Below the pieces are notes generated by a model that saw nothing but the letters and a program-made list of their open reading frames with translations, did no database searches and was not told where the DNA came from. Positions 36,076 through 45,277 of a stretch of DNA of 61,394 bases are shown here, one piece after another. The stretch is from Candidatus Levyibacteriota bacterium. Its GTDB lineage: Bacteria > Patescibacteriota > Microgenomatia > Levybacterales > UBA12049. The translations under genes were made by a program, and so were the position numbers. Positions within the stretch are counted from its first letter, which is position 1. Each line of letters opens with the position of its first letter. The stretch is taken from positions 1 through 61,394 of the forward strand of contig JACRFQ010000008.1 in NCBI GenBank assembly GCA_016217835.1, given 5' to 3'.

Positions 36076-36143
36076 CAACTAGCCACTAGCAGTTAGCAAT
36101 TAGTTAACTGAAGGCTAGATGCTGATTGCTAAAGGCTAAATTT

Positions 36144-36998
36144 ATGAATGACGATAACAAGAATCCAATCGTAGACAAGCAAGCAGATGAATCCACAGAT
36201 GATGTGGTAGCTAAACCTGTTTCCGAACCGATAGTTGAGCCTGAAACACCGGCTATTGAAGAAAAACCAGACCTGCCCGCATCAGCAAGCGAAGCGTTGC
36301 AGGCGGGAGAAATTGAGGCACCCCAAAAGCCAGAAGAAATCGAAGCGCCGGCTGAAGAAAAATTGATTGAAGCAGTTGAAGAGGACGGCAAGATTGAACC
36401 CTCCTCCGCTGAAGCTACGGAAGAGCAAGCCAAAGAACCTGTAGAAGAAACCCCTGCTCCATCCTTACCATCCGACAAGGGCAAATGGTATATTGTTCAC
36501 ACATATTCAGGCCATGAAAATAAAGTTGCAAAATCCCTTCACCAAAGAATGGAAAGTATGGGATTTGAAGACAGAATTTTTGAAATTATTGTTCCAACCA
36601 GAGACACTGTTAAGGTAACCGGCGGCAAAAAAGAAAATGTTAAAGAAAAAATCTTCCCGGGATATGTTTTAGTAAAAATGATTTTAGATGACGAGTCTTG
36701 GCTTTTAGTTAGAACAACTCAAGGTGTTACTGCATTTATCGGCGCCGGCAATAAACCAACTCCAATCTCTGACAAAGAAGTCGAAGTAATTCAAAAGTTT
36801 ATGGCAACCGAACAACCTTTATACAAAGCCGCATTTACAGTTGGTGAAGCTGTTAAAATTGTTGACGGACCATTTGCAGATTTCTTGGGATCAATTGACA
36901 GCATTGACGAAGCAAAGGGTAAATTAAAAGTATTGGTTTCTATCTTTGGCAGAGAAACTCCTGTAGAGCTTGATTTCCTACAGGTAACTAAATTGTAA
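36144..36998 (+). CDS. nusG: transcription antiterminator NusG with a ~110-aa acidic N-terminal extension
   Basis: KWYIVHTYSGHENKV (NGN), GEAVKIVDGPFADFLGSI (KOW). The extension is E/P/A-rich. Confidence 0.9.
   Translation: MNDDNKNPIVDKQADESTDDVVAKPVSEPIVEPETPAIEEKPDLPASASEALQAGEIEAPQKPEEIEAPAEEKLIEAVEEDGKIEPSSAEATEEQAKEPVEETPAPSLPSDKGKWYIVHTYSGHENKVAKSLHQRMESMGFEDRIFEIIVPTRDTVKVTGGKKENVKEKIFPGYVLVKMILDDESWLLVRTTQGVTAFIGAGNKPTPISDKEVEVIQKFMATEQPLYKAAFTVGEAVKIVDGPFADFLGSIDSIDEAKGKLKVLVSIFGRETPVELDFLQVTKL
36271..36307. repeat. GC-rich hairpin repeat, copy inside the nusG extension
   Basis: ACCTGCCCGC-atcagcaagcg-AAGCGTTGCAGGCGGG, translated LPASASEALQAG. Confidence 0.8.
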
Positions 36999-37082
36999 AA
37001 TTGACCTAATTGCTCTAATTGACCTAATTTCTAAAAATTTTTAGGTTAATTAGAAATTAGAATAATTAGAAATTTTCAGGAT

Positions 37083-37505
37083 ATGGCAAAAAAAATAAAA
37101 ACATTAATTAAGATTAATATTCCGGCAGGTGCGGCAACTCCTGCGCCACCGGTTGGAACAGCTTTGGGTCCTCACGGACTTCCAATCATGGAATTCGTTA
37201 AAGCATTTAATGATAGAACTGCCGATCAAAAAGGCACAATCGTACCTGCTGTTATTACGGTTTACGAAGACAGAACTTTTTCTTTTATTGTTAAAAAATC
37301 TCCGATTGCAGAAATGATTAAAAAAACCCTTAATTTAGAAAAGGGTTCGGGAAAGCCGGGTCATGAAAGTAGCGGCACGCTTACAAAATCGCAAGCCGCA
37401 GATATTGCCAATGCAAAAATGGAAGACTTAAATACAACCGAATTAGAACCGGCTGTAAAAATAGTAGAAGGAGTTGCAAGGTCGATGGGGATTAAAGTAA
37501 ACTAA
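37083..37505 (+). CDS. rplK: 50S ribosomal protein L11
   Basis: IPAGAATPAPPVGTALGPHGLPIMEFVKAFN. Confidence 0.95.
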   Translation: MAKKIKTLIKINIPAGAATPAPPVGTALGPHGLPIMEFVKAFNDRTADQKGTIVPAVITVYEDRTFSFIVKKSPIAEMIKKTLNLEKGSGKPGHESSGTLTKSQAADIANAKMEDLNTTELEPAVKIVEGVARSMGIKVN

Positions 37506-37509
37506 AGCT

Positions 37510-37603
37510 CACAATTTACAATTTTCAGTTTTCAATTTACAATAAATAATCATTGAGACATTGAAAATTTAATGAAAATTGAGAATTAGAAATTGAAAAT
37601 TAT
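37510..37603. repeat. AT-rich long-hairpin repeat (same family as 27650-27745)
   Basis: aattttcagttttcaatttacaataaataatcattgagacattgaaaattt... Confidence 0.75.
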
Positions 37604-37617
37604 TTAGGAGAAAAATT

Positions 37618-38418
37618 ATGGGTAAAATAAGAGTAAAAACCTTCGGAGACGAAGAGCAAGAATTAAAAGAAAAAGAAAAGCTTGAAGCCCGAAAGCAGGC
37701 TAAAAAAGCTGAAAAGCAAAGCGCAGAAACACAAACTCAGGAAGACTTTGTTGAGCCCGTAACTGAAGCCGTAGAGGAAAAAGCAGAAGCATCAAAAACA
37801 AAATCTTCTTACAGTCAAAAAGCAAAAAAGAAAGCACCTCATTCGAAAAATTATCAAAATCTTTTAACGCTTATCGACAGAGCAAAAACATATACTTTAG
37901 CAGAGGCTTTAGAGCTTTTGGAAAAACTTCAAAGAGGCAAACTCGACGAAACAGTTGAACTCCATTTGAATACGCTTACAGCAGGACTTTCAGGCAACAT
38001 CACTCTCCCCCACGGAACCGGCAAAAAAACAAAAGTCGCTATTGCAACAGATGCGTTAATTGCAGAGATTGAAAAAGGAATTATTAACTTTGATATTTTA
38101 GTTGCAGCTCCTGAAATGATGGCAAAACTTGCAAGAGTTGCAAAGGTTTTAGGACCAAAAGGCTTAATGCCAAATCCAAAAAACGGCACAATTGCCCAAA
38201 ACCCGCAAGATATCGCTAAAAAATATGAAGGCGGGCAGGTTAATTTTAAAACAGAAGCAAAAACACCGGTTATGCACTTAACTGTTGGAAAAATGTCTTT
38301 TGGCAAAGAAAAACTAACACAAAACATTGAGGCTTTAATAACGGCCGTTAAAAAATCAAACATCGTCAATATTACGCTTAAAAGTACGATGAGTCCGGGA
38401 ATCAAGATAAAAATCTAA
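37618..38418 (+). CDS. rplA: 50S ribosomal protein L1 with a K/E-rich N-terminal extension
   Basis: GTGKKTKVAIATD, LMPNPKNGT, C-terminal TMSPGIKIKI. Confidence 0.9.
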   Translation: MGKIRVKTFGDEEQELKEKEKLEARKQAKKAEKQSAETQTQEDFVEPVTEAVEEKAEASKTKSSYSQKAKKKAPHSKNYQNLLTLIDRAKTYTLAEALELLEKLQRGKLDETVELHLNTLTAGLSGNITLPHGTGKKTKVAIATDALIAEIEKGIINFDILVAAPEMMAKLARVAKVLGPKGLMPNPKNGTIAQNPQDIAKKYEGGQVNFKTEAKTPVMHLTVGKMSFGKEKLTQNIEALITAVKKSNIVNITLKSTMSPGIKIKI

Positions 38419-38507
38419 ATATGATTTAAATCTACAATGCTTGCCCCGTAAAATCGCCGTCGTGAGGCGAGGACGTAGACCCCGCGAACGAAAAGATTTT
38501 TATGGGG

Positions 38508-38534
38508 AGCCCCGGAATTAAAATAAAAATCTAA
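38508..38534 (+). pseudogene. short remnant copy of the rplA 3' end
   Basis: AGCCCCGGAATTAAAATAAAAATCTAA versus rplA AGTCCGGGAATCAAGATAAAAATCTAA. Confidence 0.55.
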
Positions 38535-38588
38535 CTGCAAACGCTTGACAATTAGCCGATAATGTGAACATACTTAGATATAGTATTT

Positions 38589-40733
38589 ATGAATCAGATT
38601 ATTAAATCGTTCTCCTCAATGAGCATACTCACTAGGATATTTTTTCTTACTTCAATAATGATACTTATTATTGTACCCATTTTAATAAAACAGACTCAAA
38701 ACACAAGTCAATATGCCCAAGCTCTACCCTGCACTACCACTGTTAGTGGTTTTGACTTAACTTCAATAAACACTGCTAGAGATAAGGCTGGAACAGGAGG
38801 AGTAGTATGTTTTCCAGCAGGGACTTATTCGGGTAATTTAACTGCCTCTGTTATGGGACAAACTTGGCAGTTTGACTCAGGAGCAAAGCTAATAGGAACG
38901 ATCAATATTTCGTCTTCCGGTGTTAGCATAAGCGGAGGCACTATACAAAGCCAGACAACAGACAGATGGGCATATACTGTATCTTTTAATGCTGACGACT
39001 CGGTAATTAAAGGCGTCACTTTTATAGGAGGAGGACAAGTTATAGGCATTTTTGGCAAAGACAGGAATAAAATATCAAATAATACTTTTAATAGCCAAAT
39101 CGGAAGCGCTGTATCAATTTGGGGTCAAGGGGTAGGAGCGGATGATAATTTAATTGAAGGAAACACAATAATCCAAACCGCCACTTATAAAGTAAGTCCT
39201 ATTATGTCCAGAGGCTCGGAAAACGAAACTGTTTTTAACCAAAGGACTATCGTGAGGAGTAATATTATTGACCAAGGTCCGGGAGATATAGGATGGTTCG
39301 GTATTGAGTTTAAGGATAGCCCAAATTCTTTAATAGAAGGGAATACTATCAAGGGAGGAAGTGTTTTAGTAAGCTTCCCCGATTCTAATTATTGTAATGT
39401 TAAAAATAATACACTGGATCTTCGGGAATCACCTTATTGGGGTGTAGAAATAGCGAAAGCCAACAATTGCTCTGTTGTGGGCAATAATTTTATCGGAAAT
39501 AATAATACTACAGACGCCGCTGTGAGTATGAATACACAGCCTACGGGAGCATTTATAGACAGCAATAAAGCAAACGATATTTTTGTATTAACAGAGCTAA
39601 GCGGATCAGGACATACAATTACAAATAACTGCTTGACCAATGTAAAAAATGTAACTACTTATACAGCGACAACTACAACAATTACCGCAAATGGACCTTG
39701 CACCTCAACTACACCCACACCCACTCCTACGGTAGCTGTAACTTCAACACCTGTTCCTACTGGTACAGCGGTCACTTCAACCCCAACCCCTACGTTTACC
39801 CCTATCCCGACACCAATGCCTTCGCCCACACCTGTTCCTACAGCTACACCCACACCTATTTCTTCAACAACAACAAACAGTTTTGCCGGGAATTATTTCT
39901 GGAATACTATATTATCGGGGTCTCCATATTACAAAACAGTTGAGGCATATCCTTTAAGTAAAAACTGGGGCACAGGAAGTCCCGGAGGAGGACTACCCAC
40001 CGATAACTGGTCTGTTAATTTTACCGGTGTTTTCTACTTTTCATCAGGAAGCTATCAGTTTACAGCGTCATCCGATGACGGAGTTAGAATATATTTGGAT
40101 GGGAAAGTTATAATAGATGCCTGGATTCCGCAAGCTTTAACAACTTACCAAAATACAGTTCCTGTCACAACAGGAAACCATGAGGTTAAAGTAGAATATT
40201 TTGAAGCAGGCGGTAATGCTACGCTAAATTTAAGTTGGAAACAAGTTTCACCTACACCAACATCAACTGTTCCATCTCCTACGCCAACCGGTATTCCTGT
40301 GGGCTTTGGTGATGGACTAATTGGATCGTATTTCCCTCAAATTAATTTATCAGGAACACCTATACCAAGAAAGGATTCTGTTGTTAATTTCGATTGGGGA
40401 TTTGGATCACCCATGTCAGGATTTCCAAATGATAATTTTTCAGTCCGCTGGACAGGATATGTAATTCCAAAAACTTCCGAAAACTATACATTTTATATTA
40501 GGTCAGACGACGGAGTAAGAATGTGGGTAAATAATATATTAGTAATAAATAAATGGAAAGACCATGCAATTAAAGAAGACAACGGATCAATATTTCTTAA
40601 TGCAAACCAAAAGTATCCAATTACCGTAGAATATTATGAACATTTTTCACTAGCTTCCATAAAAATGGCTTGGTCATCAGCTTCTGTTATTAAATCAATA
40701 ATTCCCCAAAGCCAGCTTTACACAAGTAAATAA
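38589..40733 (+). CDS. secreted beta-helix protein with two PA14 domains and T/P-rich linkers
   Basis: Signal/TM segment, repeated GNTI/NNTF beta-helix turns, TPTPTP linkers, two PA14-like blocks (DNWSVNFTG...SDDGVRIYLDG; DNFSVRWTG...SDDGVRMWVNN). Confidence 0.8.
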   Translation: MNQIIKSFSSMSILTRIFFLTSIMILIIVPILIKQTQNTSQYAQALPCTTTVSGFDLTSINTARDKAGTGGVVCFPAGTYSGNLTASVMGQTWQFDSGAKLIGTINISSSGVSISGGTIQSQTTDRWAYTVSFNADDSVIKGVTFIGGGQVIGIFGKDRNKISNNTFNSQIGSAVSIWGQGVGADDNLIEGNTIIQTATYKVSPIMSRGSENETVFNQRTIVRSNIIDQGPGDIGWFGIEFKDSPNSLIEGNTIKGGSVLVSFPDSNYCNVKNNTLDLRESPYWGVEIAKANNCSVVGNNFIGNNNTTDAAVSMNTQPTGAFIDSNKANDIFVLTELSGSGHTITNNCLTNVKNVTTYTATTTTITANGPCTSTTPTPTPTVAVTSTPVPTGTAVTSTPTPTFTPIPTPMPSPTPVPTATPTPISSTTTNSFAGNYFWNTILSGSPYYKTVEAYPLSKNWGTGSPGGGLPTDNWSVNFTGVFYFSSGSYQFTASSDDGVRIYLDGKVIIDAWIPQALTTYQNTVPVTTGNHEVKVEYFEAGGNATLNLSWKQVSPTPTSTVPSPTPTGIPVGFGDGLIGSYFPQINLSGTPIPRKDSVVNFDWGFGSPMSGFPNDNFSVRWTGYVIPKTSENYTFYIRSDDGVRMWVNNILVINKWKDHAIKEDNGSIFLNANQKYPITVEYYEHFSLASIKMAWSSASVIKSIIPQSQLYTSK

Positions 40734-40756
40734 AAATATTTGAAAATATGAATACC

Positions 40757-40840
40757 ATGATTTCCGCAATTAAAAAAGCAAACATTGTCAACGCCACCCT
40801 CAAAAGTACGATGAGTCCGGGAATTAAGATAAAAATCTAA
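40757..40840 (+). pseudogene. displaced fragment of an rplA 3' end (27 codons plus stop)
   Basis: MISAIKKANIVNATLKSTMSPGIKIKI* versus rplA ...ITAVKKSNIVNITLKSTMSPGIKIKI*. The last ~44 nt differ at 2 positions. Confidence 0.75.
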
Positions 40841-40856
40841 ATCTGCCTTAATAAAT

Positions 40857-41618
40857 ATGACTGAAAGAAAAGGAAGTACAATAGGAAACGCTGCTTGGGA
40901 GATTGCCCGCATAGTTGCCCACCCCGAAGTAGAAGGTAAAGAAAACTTTGCAATTTTAAAAAGGCATTTGGATGAAGGCGGATCAGGAATAATTTATATT
41001 AATCATCTTCCCGGAAAATTGGATACCCCAAGAGTAGGAACTGCTGCTCAAGATTGCGGTATTCCTCTTGATAGAACCGGGATATTTGTTTCAAGAAGAC
41101 ACACTGATCCAGACTTGGGACTTACTAACAAAATACAACATTATCTTTTAATAGATAAATGGCCTCAATCCCTGGGAATAACGCCAATTCGTCTTACGCA
41201 AACTAAAGATAGAGGCAGATACCCTGATTGGAAAGAATTTAATGATGAAGCAGTTCAAAAAGCTGTGGAATTCACAACAACTCCGGGAAATGTACTAGTC
41301 ATTGCTCCGGAAGGGATGCGATCCAAAGATAAACTTAAAGAAGCAGAAGCAGGATTAGCTGTGCTTTTTCGGGAAGCCAGAGATATTGCTTTAGCAATGC
41401 CTGTTGCAATGCCCCATTCAACATCAAGGGTTATAGCAGGAACTCCGTTTTCGTGGAGTGATTCGCTTGAAGATTACAAAAGAAATCCAAATATAAAAAC
41501 AAAGGATAGAATGATGGTGCGCCTTGCGCTCTTATTGCCACCGGAAAATCGAGGATTTTATGAACAAATGGCTGCGGAATTTGTTATACCACCCACAACT
41601 ACTACTCCTGATGCTTAA
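40857..41618 (+). CDS. LPLAT-like acyltransferase-family protein (divergent)
   Basis: INHLPGKLD and APEGMRS blocks in the same order as ORF 1370-2293; ITPIRLTQTKDRGRY parallels LTPLLHTRPQDNQRY. Confidence 0.5.
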   Translation: MTERKGSTIGNAAWEIARIVAHPEVEGKENFAILKRHLDEGGSGIIYINHLPGKLDTPRVGTAAQDCGIPLDRTGIFVSRRHTDPDLGLTNKIQHYLLIDKWPQSLGITPIRLTQTKDRGRYPDWKEFNDEAVQKAVEFTTTPGNVLVIAPEGMRSKDKLKEAEAGLAVLFREARDIALAMPVAMPHSTSRVIAGTPFSWSDSLEDYKRNPNIKTKDRMMVRLALLLPPENRGFYEQMAAEFVIPPTTTTPDA

Positions 41619-41711
41619 AAACAAAAGTAAACCCAAACAAAACCGCGGATTTTATAGATAATCCTTGACGTAATTATACTTTTGAAACTTTCTCAGAATT
41701 AAAATAAAGAT

Positions 41712-42494
41712 TTAAACTGACAAAACTTGTGTAGTTTCATCCAAAAGCTTAACTCTTTTTTCCCACTCGCTTAAAGACTGAAACTTTGTCAACCAACCTG
41801 AATAACCATATTTTTCAATTTGCTCTTTATATTGGTCGGGTGTTTCCCATTCAAGACCATCAACTTCTATTATGTTTATTGGAAAATTATGCTTTTTTGC
41901 AATAATTAAAGGCTCTGCATAAAAACCAAAATCTTCTCTTTTTGATTCTTTTACTATAAATTTCGCAAGTTTTCTTTCTATTCCCAAAGAACCAGACATT
42001 ATGTCAACTCCCAAACCTGCGACTTCCGAAGCAATGGCATTAACTGCAGTTTCTGTTGACCTTTGGGTTATCGGATGCGACTCAAACGCTTTTTTAGATC
42101 TGACAAAACAAATATAGCCTAAGTAATTTACCATTTGCTCTTCAACTTTTTTTAATTCGTCAAAAAAATTGTCTGCCCAGTGAAGCGCTCTATCAAAATC
42201 TAAAAGATGAATAAAACTGGTATTTAAGCTTAAAGCCAGGGCAATTGCATTCCTGTAATCCTTGCCTATACTGCCATCTTTTGATATTTGAATATTAAAA
42301 CCTAATTCTAATAGCAATTTTTTAGTTTCAATGCTGGTTTGAGACGTAACATTAATTGCAATATTTGAAGAATAAATTTCCTTAAGTTTCCCACCATTTT
42401 TTTTAAGAATCGGGACAATTAATCCTTTTGGATCATGTAGTGGTGAAGCCAAAGCAACATCAGGCATAATACTTATTTTAACAGATTTTTGCAT
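41712..42494 (-). CDS. hypothetical protein (possibly a GT-A-like fold)
   Basis: 260-aa ORF; LLDFDR could be a DxD-type motif; otherwise unrecognised. Confidence 0.5.
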   Translation of the reverse strand: MQKSVKISIMPDVALASPLHDPKGLIVPILKKNGGKLKEIYSSNIAINVTSQTSIETKKLLLELGFNIQISKDGSIGKDYRNAIALALSLNTSFIHLLDFDRALHWADNFFDELKKVEEQMVNYLGYICFVRSKKAFESHPITQRSTETAVNAIASEVAGLGVDIMSGSLGIERKLAKFIVKESKREDFGFYAEPLIIAKKHNFPINIIEVDGLEWETPDQYKEQIEKYGYSGWLTKFQSLSEWEKRVKLLDETTQVLSV

Positions 42495-42507
42495 AAAAGA
42501 TTACAAT

Positions 42508-43662
42508 CTAGGAGGCTTTTTTAAGAGATTTTCCGTACAACTTGCTTAAATATCTTTCTGCTCTAGCATTATTTTCATCATATCTTTCCGGATATCTTGC
42601 TTTTGACGCTCTTAAACGCTGCTCAACATAGCCTTCCGGATCATCAGTTTTAAACTGCCTGTTAGCTTCCCCTTCTGCTGTTAAAATTTGTCTTTGTCTA
42701 CTTTCTTTTCTGGCAAGATCAGTCAAACTTCTTTCCAAAAAATCAATTACAACAGTATCTGTTCCAAAATCTGCCGCCATATCTTTTGCAAGTTCCGAAT
42801 CTCTTTTGTAATCTGCATATTGAGGTAAAGTAATATCTAACACATCTCCAACCAAGCCTTCGTGTTCAAACTGTTCTTTTCTTCTTTCTAATTCTTCTAC
42901 AGATACTACTTTTTGAGCTTTTATAAAAGCATCGTAGTCAACTTCTACTCCAAAAATTGCGCTTTTTGATGTAACAAATGAAGAATTTACTCTTGGAGCA
43001 CCTAAGAATACTATTCTTTTTATTTTTAGGGCGTCGCCAGATTCTTCTCCGACAATCCTTTTCATGTTTGCAGTTACTTTGTCTCCTGCATTTTCAACAT
43101 CATACATTTGTTGACCGCCTTCCAAAGATTTTACATCTGCAAAACCTCTTGGCGTATCAATGACAGCCTCACCTGTTCGCATTTGAATAGTTCTAAATAC
43201 GTGAAGCTGACCATCGTTATCAATTGCAAAAGGGGCTAAGATCATATGCGGACCTTCTGCAACAGTTGGTCTTTCAAACCCTGACATTGGCTTACTTCTA
43301 TCAACTCCTTGAACAACCGCAGTTATTTTTTGATTTGCGTTACCAATAGATTGAACTCCTAATACTTCTATGTCTAAACCTTGAGAGGTTAATAAATCCT
43401 GCAATTCCGAAAGCGAAGCAACCCGAATTCCATCCACATCTTTTACGATGAATTCCTCATTGTGTGAATTTAGATCTTCTTTACCTCCTGTTGCAGAGCC
43501 TCTTGGTTTACCCGCAATATCTTTAAGATAATCAACTAACGGAACTACTTCTTGCTTTGGCAACATACTTTGAGTAACCTCTGCCATAACAGAACCTTGT
43601 GCGAGCGGATGTCTTTCTGCTTGTGGAACACTTCTTTCTATTGTTAATTCGTTTTCTGCCAT
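42508..43662 (-). CDS. hypothetical protein with a possible degenerate Nudix-fold core
   Basis: LHVFRTIQMRTGEAVIDTPRGFAD...KRIVGEESG resembles the ADP-ribose pyrophosphatase core, but the Nudix box spacing is not canonical. Confidence 0.5.
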   Translation of the reverse strand: MAENELTIERSVPQAERHPLAQGSVMAEVTQSMLPKQEVVPLVDYLKDIAGKPRGSATGGKEDLNSHNEEFIVKDVDGIRVASLSELQDLLTSQGLDIEVLGVQSIGNANQKITAVVQGVDRSKPMSGFERPTVAEGPHMILAPFAIDNDGQLHVFRTIQMRTGEAVIDTPRGFADVKSLEGGQQMYDVENAGDKVTANMKRIVGEESGDALKIKRIVFLGAPRVNSSFVTSKSAIFGVEVDYDAFIKAQKVVSVEELERRKEQFEHEGLVGDVLDITLPQYADYKRDSELAKDMAADFGTDTVVIDFLERSLTDLARKESRQRQILTAEGEANRQFKTDDPEGYVEQRLRASKARYPERYDENNARAERYLSKLYGKSLKKAS

Positions 43663-43807
43663 AATTTAATACTTACTAATTGTTACACAAAAGTCAAATA
43701 TTGACTTATGTTATGTATGGCAAATATTATACCATGTCTTGTCAAGTATTAAAATATTATAGGATTTATTGATATTATTCTGAAGCTAAGTTTATTAAAT
43801 TAATATC

Positions 43808-44326
43808 TTATAGTAGTTTGGATTCTCTGTCCATTTTAAAAACCAGAGGATCTTTTTTAAGTATTGCCCTTGGCACTCTTTTAAGAGTTATCATTGTAAT
43901 CATTCCGCCCGTAGGATTTCCAACCGCATGCCAATTAGTGCCTTCTGTAAATTCCGGCAAAAATTCTATCGGCACTTCTCTTCTTTTACCGTTTCTTGCT
44001 TCTACCAGAACCGTCACTCTTTTTGTACTCGAGCATTCAACTCCAACCACCCATTCATCTTTTTTTAAAAGCGCTTCAGAAACTGGTTTATCTTTAACTT
44101 TTCCGTCTTTTTCTTCTTTAATAACAATTTCGCCAATCAGCGGAACAGAAAACTCCTCAACAAACCTATGCCTATGCCAATTAAGCTCTGCGTTAAAATG
44201 AGGCGGAAGTCTTGTAATCTTAACTTCAACCGGAATATGTGAATCACGTAAGTAAAAATAAAATGCATTCCGCTCTTCCCCACCCTCTCTATATTCTGTT
44301 TCTACTTCTGATAAAGGAATAAACAT
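43808..44326 (-). CDS. hypothetical protein, possible cupin fold
   Basis: NWHRHRFVEEFSVPLIGEI (HxH...E) pattern. Confidence 0.45.
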   Translation of the reverse strand: MFIPLSEVETEYREGGEERNAFYFYLRDSHIPVEVKITRLPPHFNAELNWHRHRFVEEFSVPLIGEIVIKEEKDGKVKDKPVSEALLKKDEWVVGVECSSTKRVTVLVEARNGKRREVPIEFLPEFTEGTNWHAVGNPTGGMITMITLKRVPRAILKKDPLVFKMDRESKLL

Positions 44327-44375
44327 AGTTTAATTGTAGCTTACTTTGAAAAAATATCAATTCCTAATAAAACTC

Positions 44376-44404
44376 TTGACGAATACACTCTTGTCTGCTA
44401 AACT
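44376..44404 (+). promoter_or_regulatory. sigma70-type promoter of rplJL
   Basis: TTGACG-17 nt-TAAACT. Confidence 0.6.
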
Positions 44405-44586
44405 CTATTAACCTAAGACAGCAAGCAAGTTAATGATTAAGGATAAAAGATTAATGATTAACGAATAAGACTTGCCGAGGAACGGACTGAACGTAGTGAA
44501 GGAGTTCGCTTGCGAAGCATTAGCTTCAGACAAGCGAGGATCATTACCAACAGATACGCACCTCAAAAGGGTGCTTTTTTATTATT
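44405..44586 (+). promoter_or_regulatory. structured rplJ 5' leader (candidate L10-leader-type autoregulatory RNA)
   Basis: ~180-nt leader with paired segments (GACAGCAAGCAAG / CTTGCCGAG), ending in a terminator hairpin that also covers the only purine-rich SD-like tract. Confidence 0.5.
44558..44580 (+). terminator. attenuator/terminator hairpin 6 nt before the rplJ ATG
   Basis: GCACC-tcaaaag-GGTGC followed by TTTTTT. Confidence 0.65.
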
Positions 44587-45132
44587 ATGTCAGACGAAAA
44601 TACAAAAATATCAGCTAACAGGCAAAAGAAAATAGAAATAGTTGCAAAGCTTAATGAAAAAATAGCTAAAGCTAAGGCTATTGTTTTTACAAATTATCAA
44701 GGATTAACCCACAAACAACTCGAAGGACTTAAAAAAACCATTAAACCATTAAGCGCCGAATATGTTGTTGCTAAAAACTCCCTCGTTTTAAGAGCATTGG
44801 AAGAAAACAAAATAAAAGTGCAGGATCAAAAGCAATTCGAGGGCCCAACCGGAACACTTTTAATTTATGAAGATTTTGTCGGTCCTTTAAAAGAATTGGC
44901 AAAACTCGTTAAAGAATTAGGTATTCCAAGCGTTAAATTCGGAGTGATGGAAAGCAAAAACCTAACAGGAGAGCAAATTATGAAGCTTTCTACCCTTCCA
45001 ACAAGAGAAACTTTGCTTACTCAAATTGCAGTCGGACTCAAATCCCCTCTTTTTGGTCTTCATAGAGCACTAAATTGGAATTTGCAAAAATTGGTAATTA
45101 CATTGAAAGCAGTAGAAACGAAAAAACATTGA
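44587..45132 (+). CDS. rplJ: 50S ribosomal protein L10
   Basis: Size, position upstream of rplL, AIVFTNYQGLTHKQLEGLKK. Confidence 0.9.
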   Translation: MSDENTKISANRQKKIEIVAKLNEKIAKAKAIVFTNYQGLTHKQLEGLKKTIKPLSAEYVVAKNSLVLRALEENKIKVQDQKQFEGPTGTLLIYEDFVGPLKELAKLVKELGIPSVKFGVMESKNLTGEQIMKLSTLPTRETLLTQIAVGLKSPLFGLHRALNWNLQKLVITLKAVETKKH

Positions 45133-45256
45133 CAATAGATGATAGAAAATAGAAAGTAGATCTTTGGAGGTAGAAGTTAGAAAATAGATTAAAAACTTCC
45201 ATCCTCCATCTTCAATCTTCAAGACACTACCTTCTATCTTCTATACTTCTATCGTC
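45131..45256. repeat. MITE-like palindromic element, copy B, filling the rplJ-rplL spacer
   Basis: 126 nt, GACAATAGATGATAGAAAATAGAAAG ... CTATCTTCTATACTTCTATCGTC. The left end overlaps the rplJ TGA. Confidence 0.8.
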
Positions 45257-45277
45257 TATTAAGGGAGGTGAAAATCA

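Noticed and set aside
36104-36484. ORF 36104-36484(-)
   Set aside because: It is antisense to the acidic N-terminal extension of nusG, a low-complexity mirror ORF.
37929-38405. ORF 37929-38405(-); similar antisense ORFs at 3427-3717, 43818-44201, 50656-51012, 52423-52815, 56614-56844 and 60609-60818
   Set aside because: Each is fully embedded antisense in a longer gene with clear family motifs.
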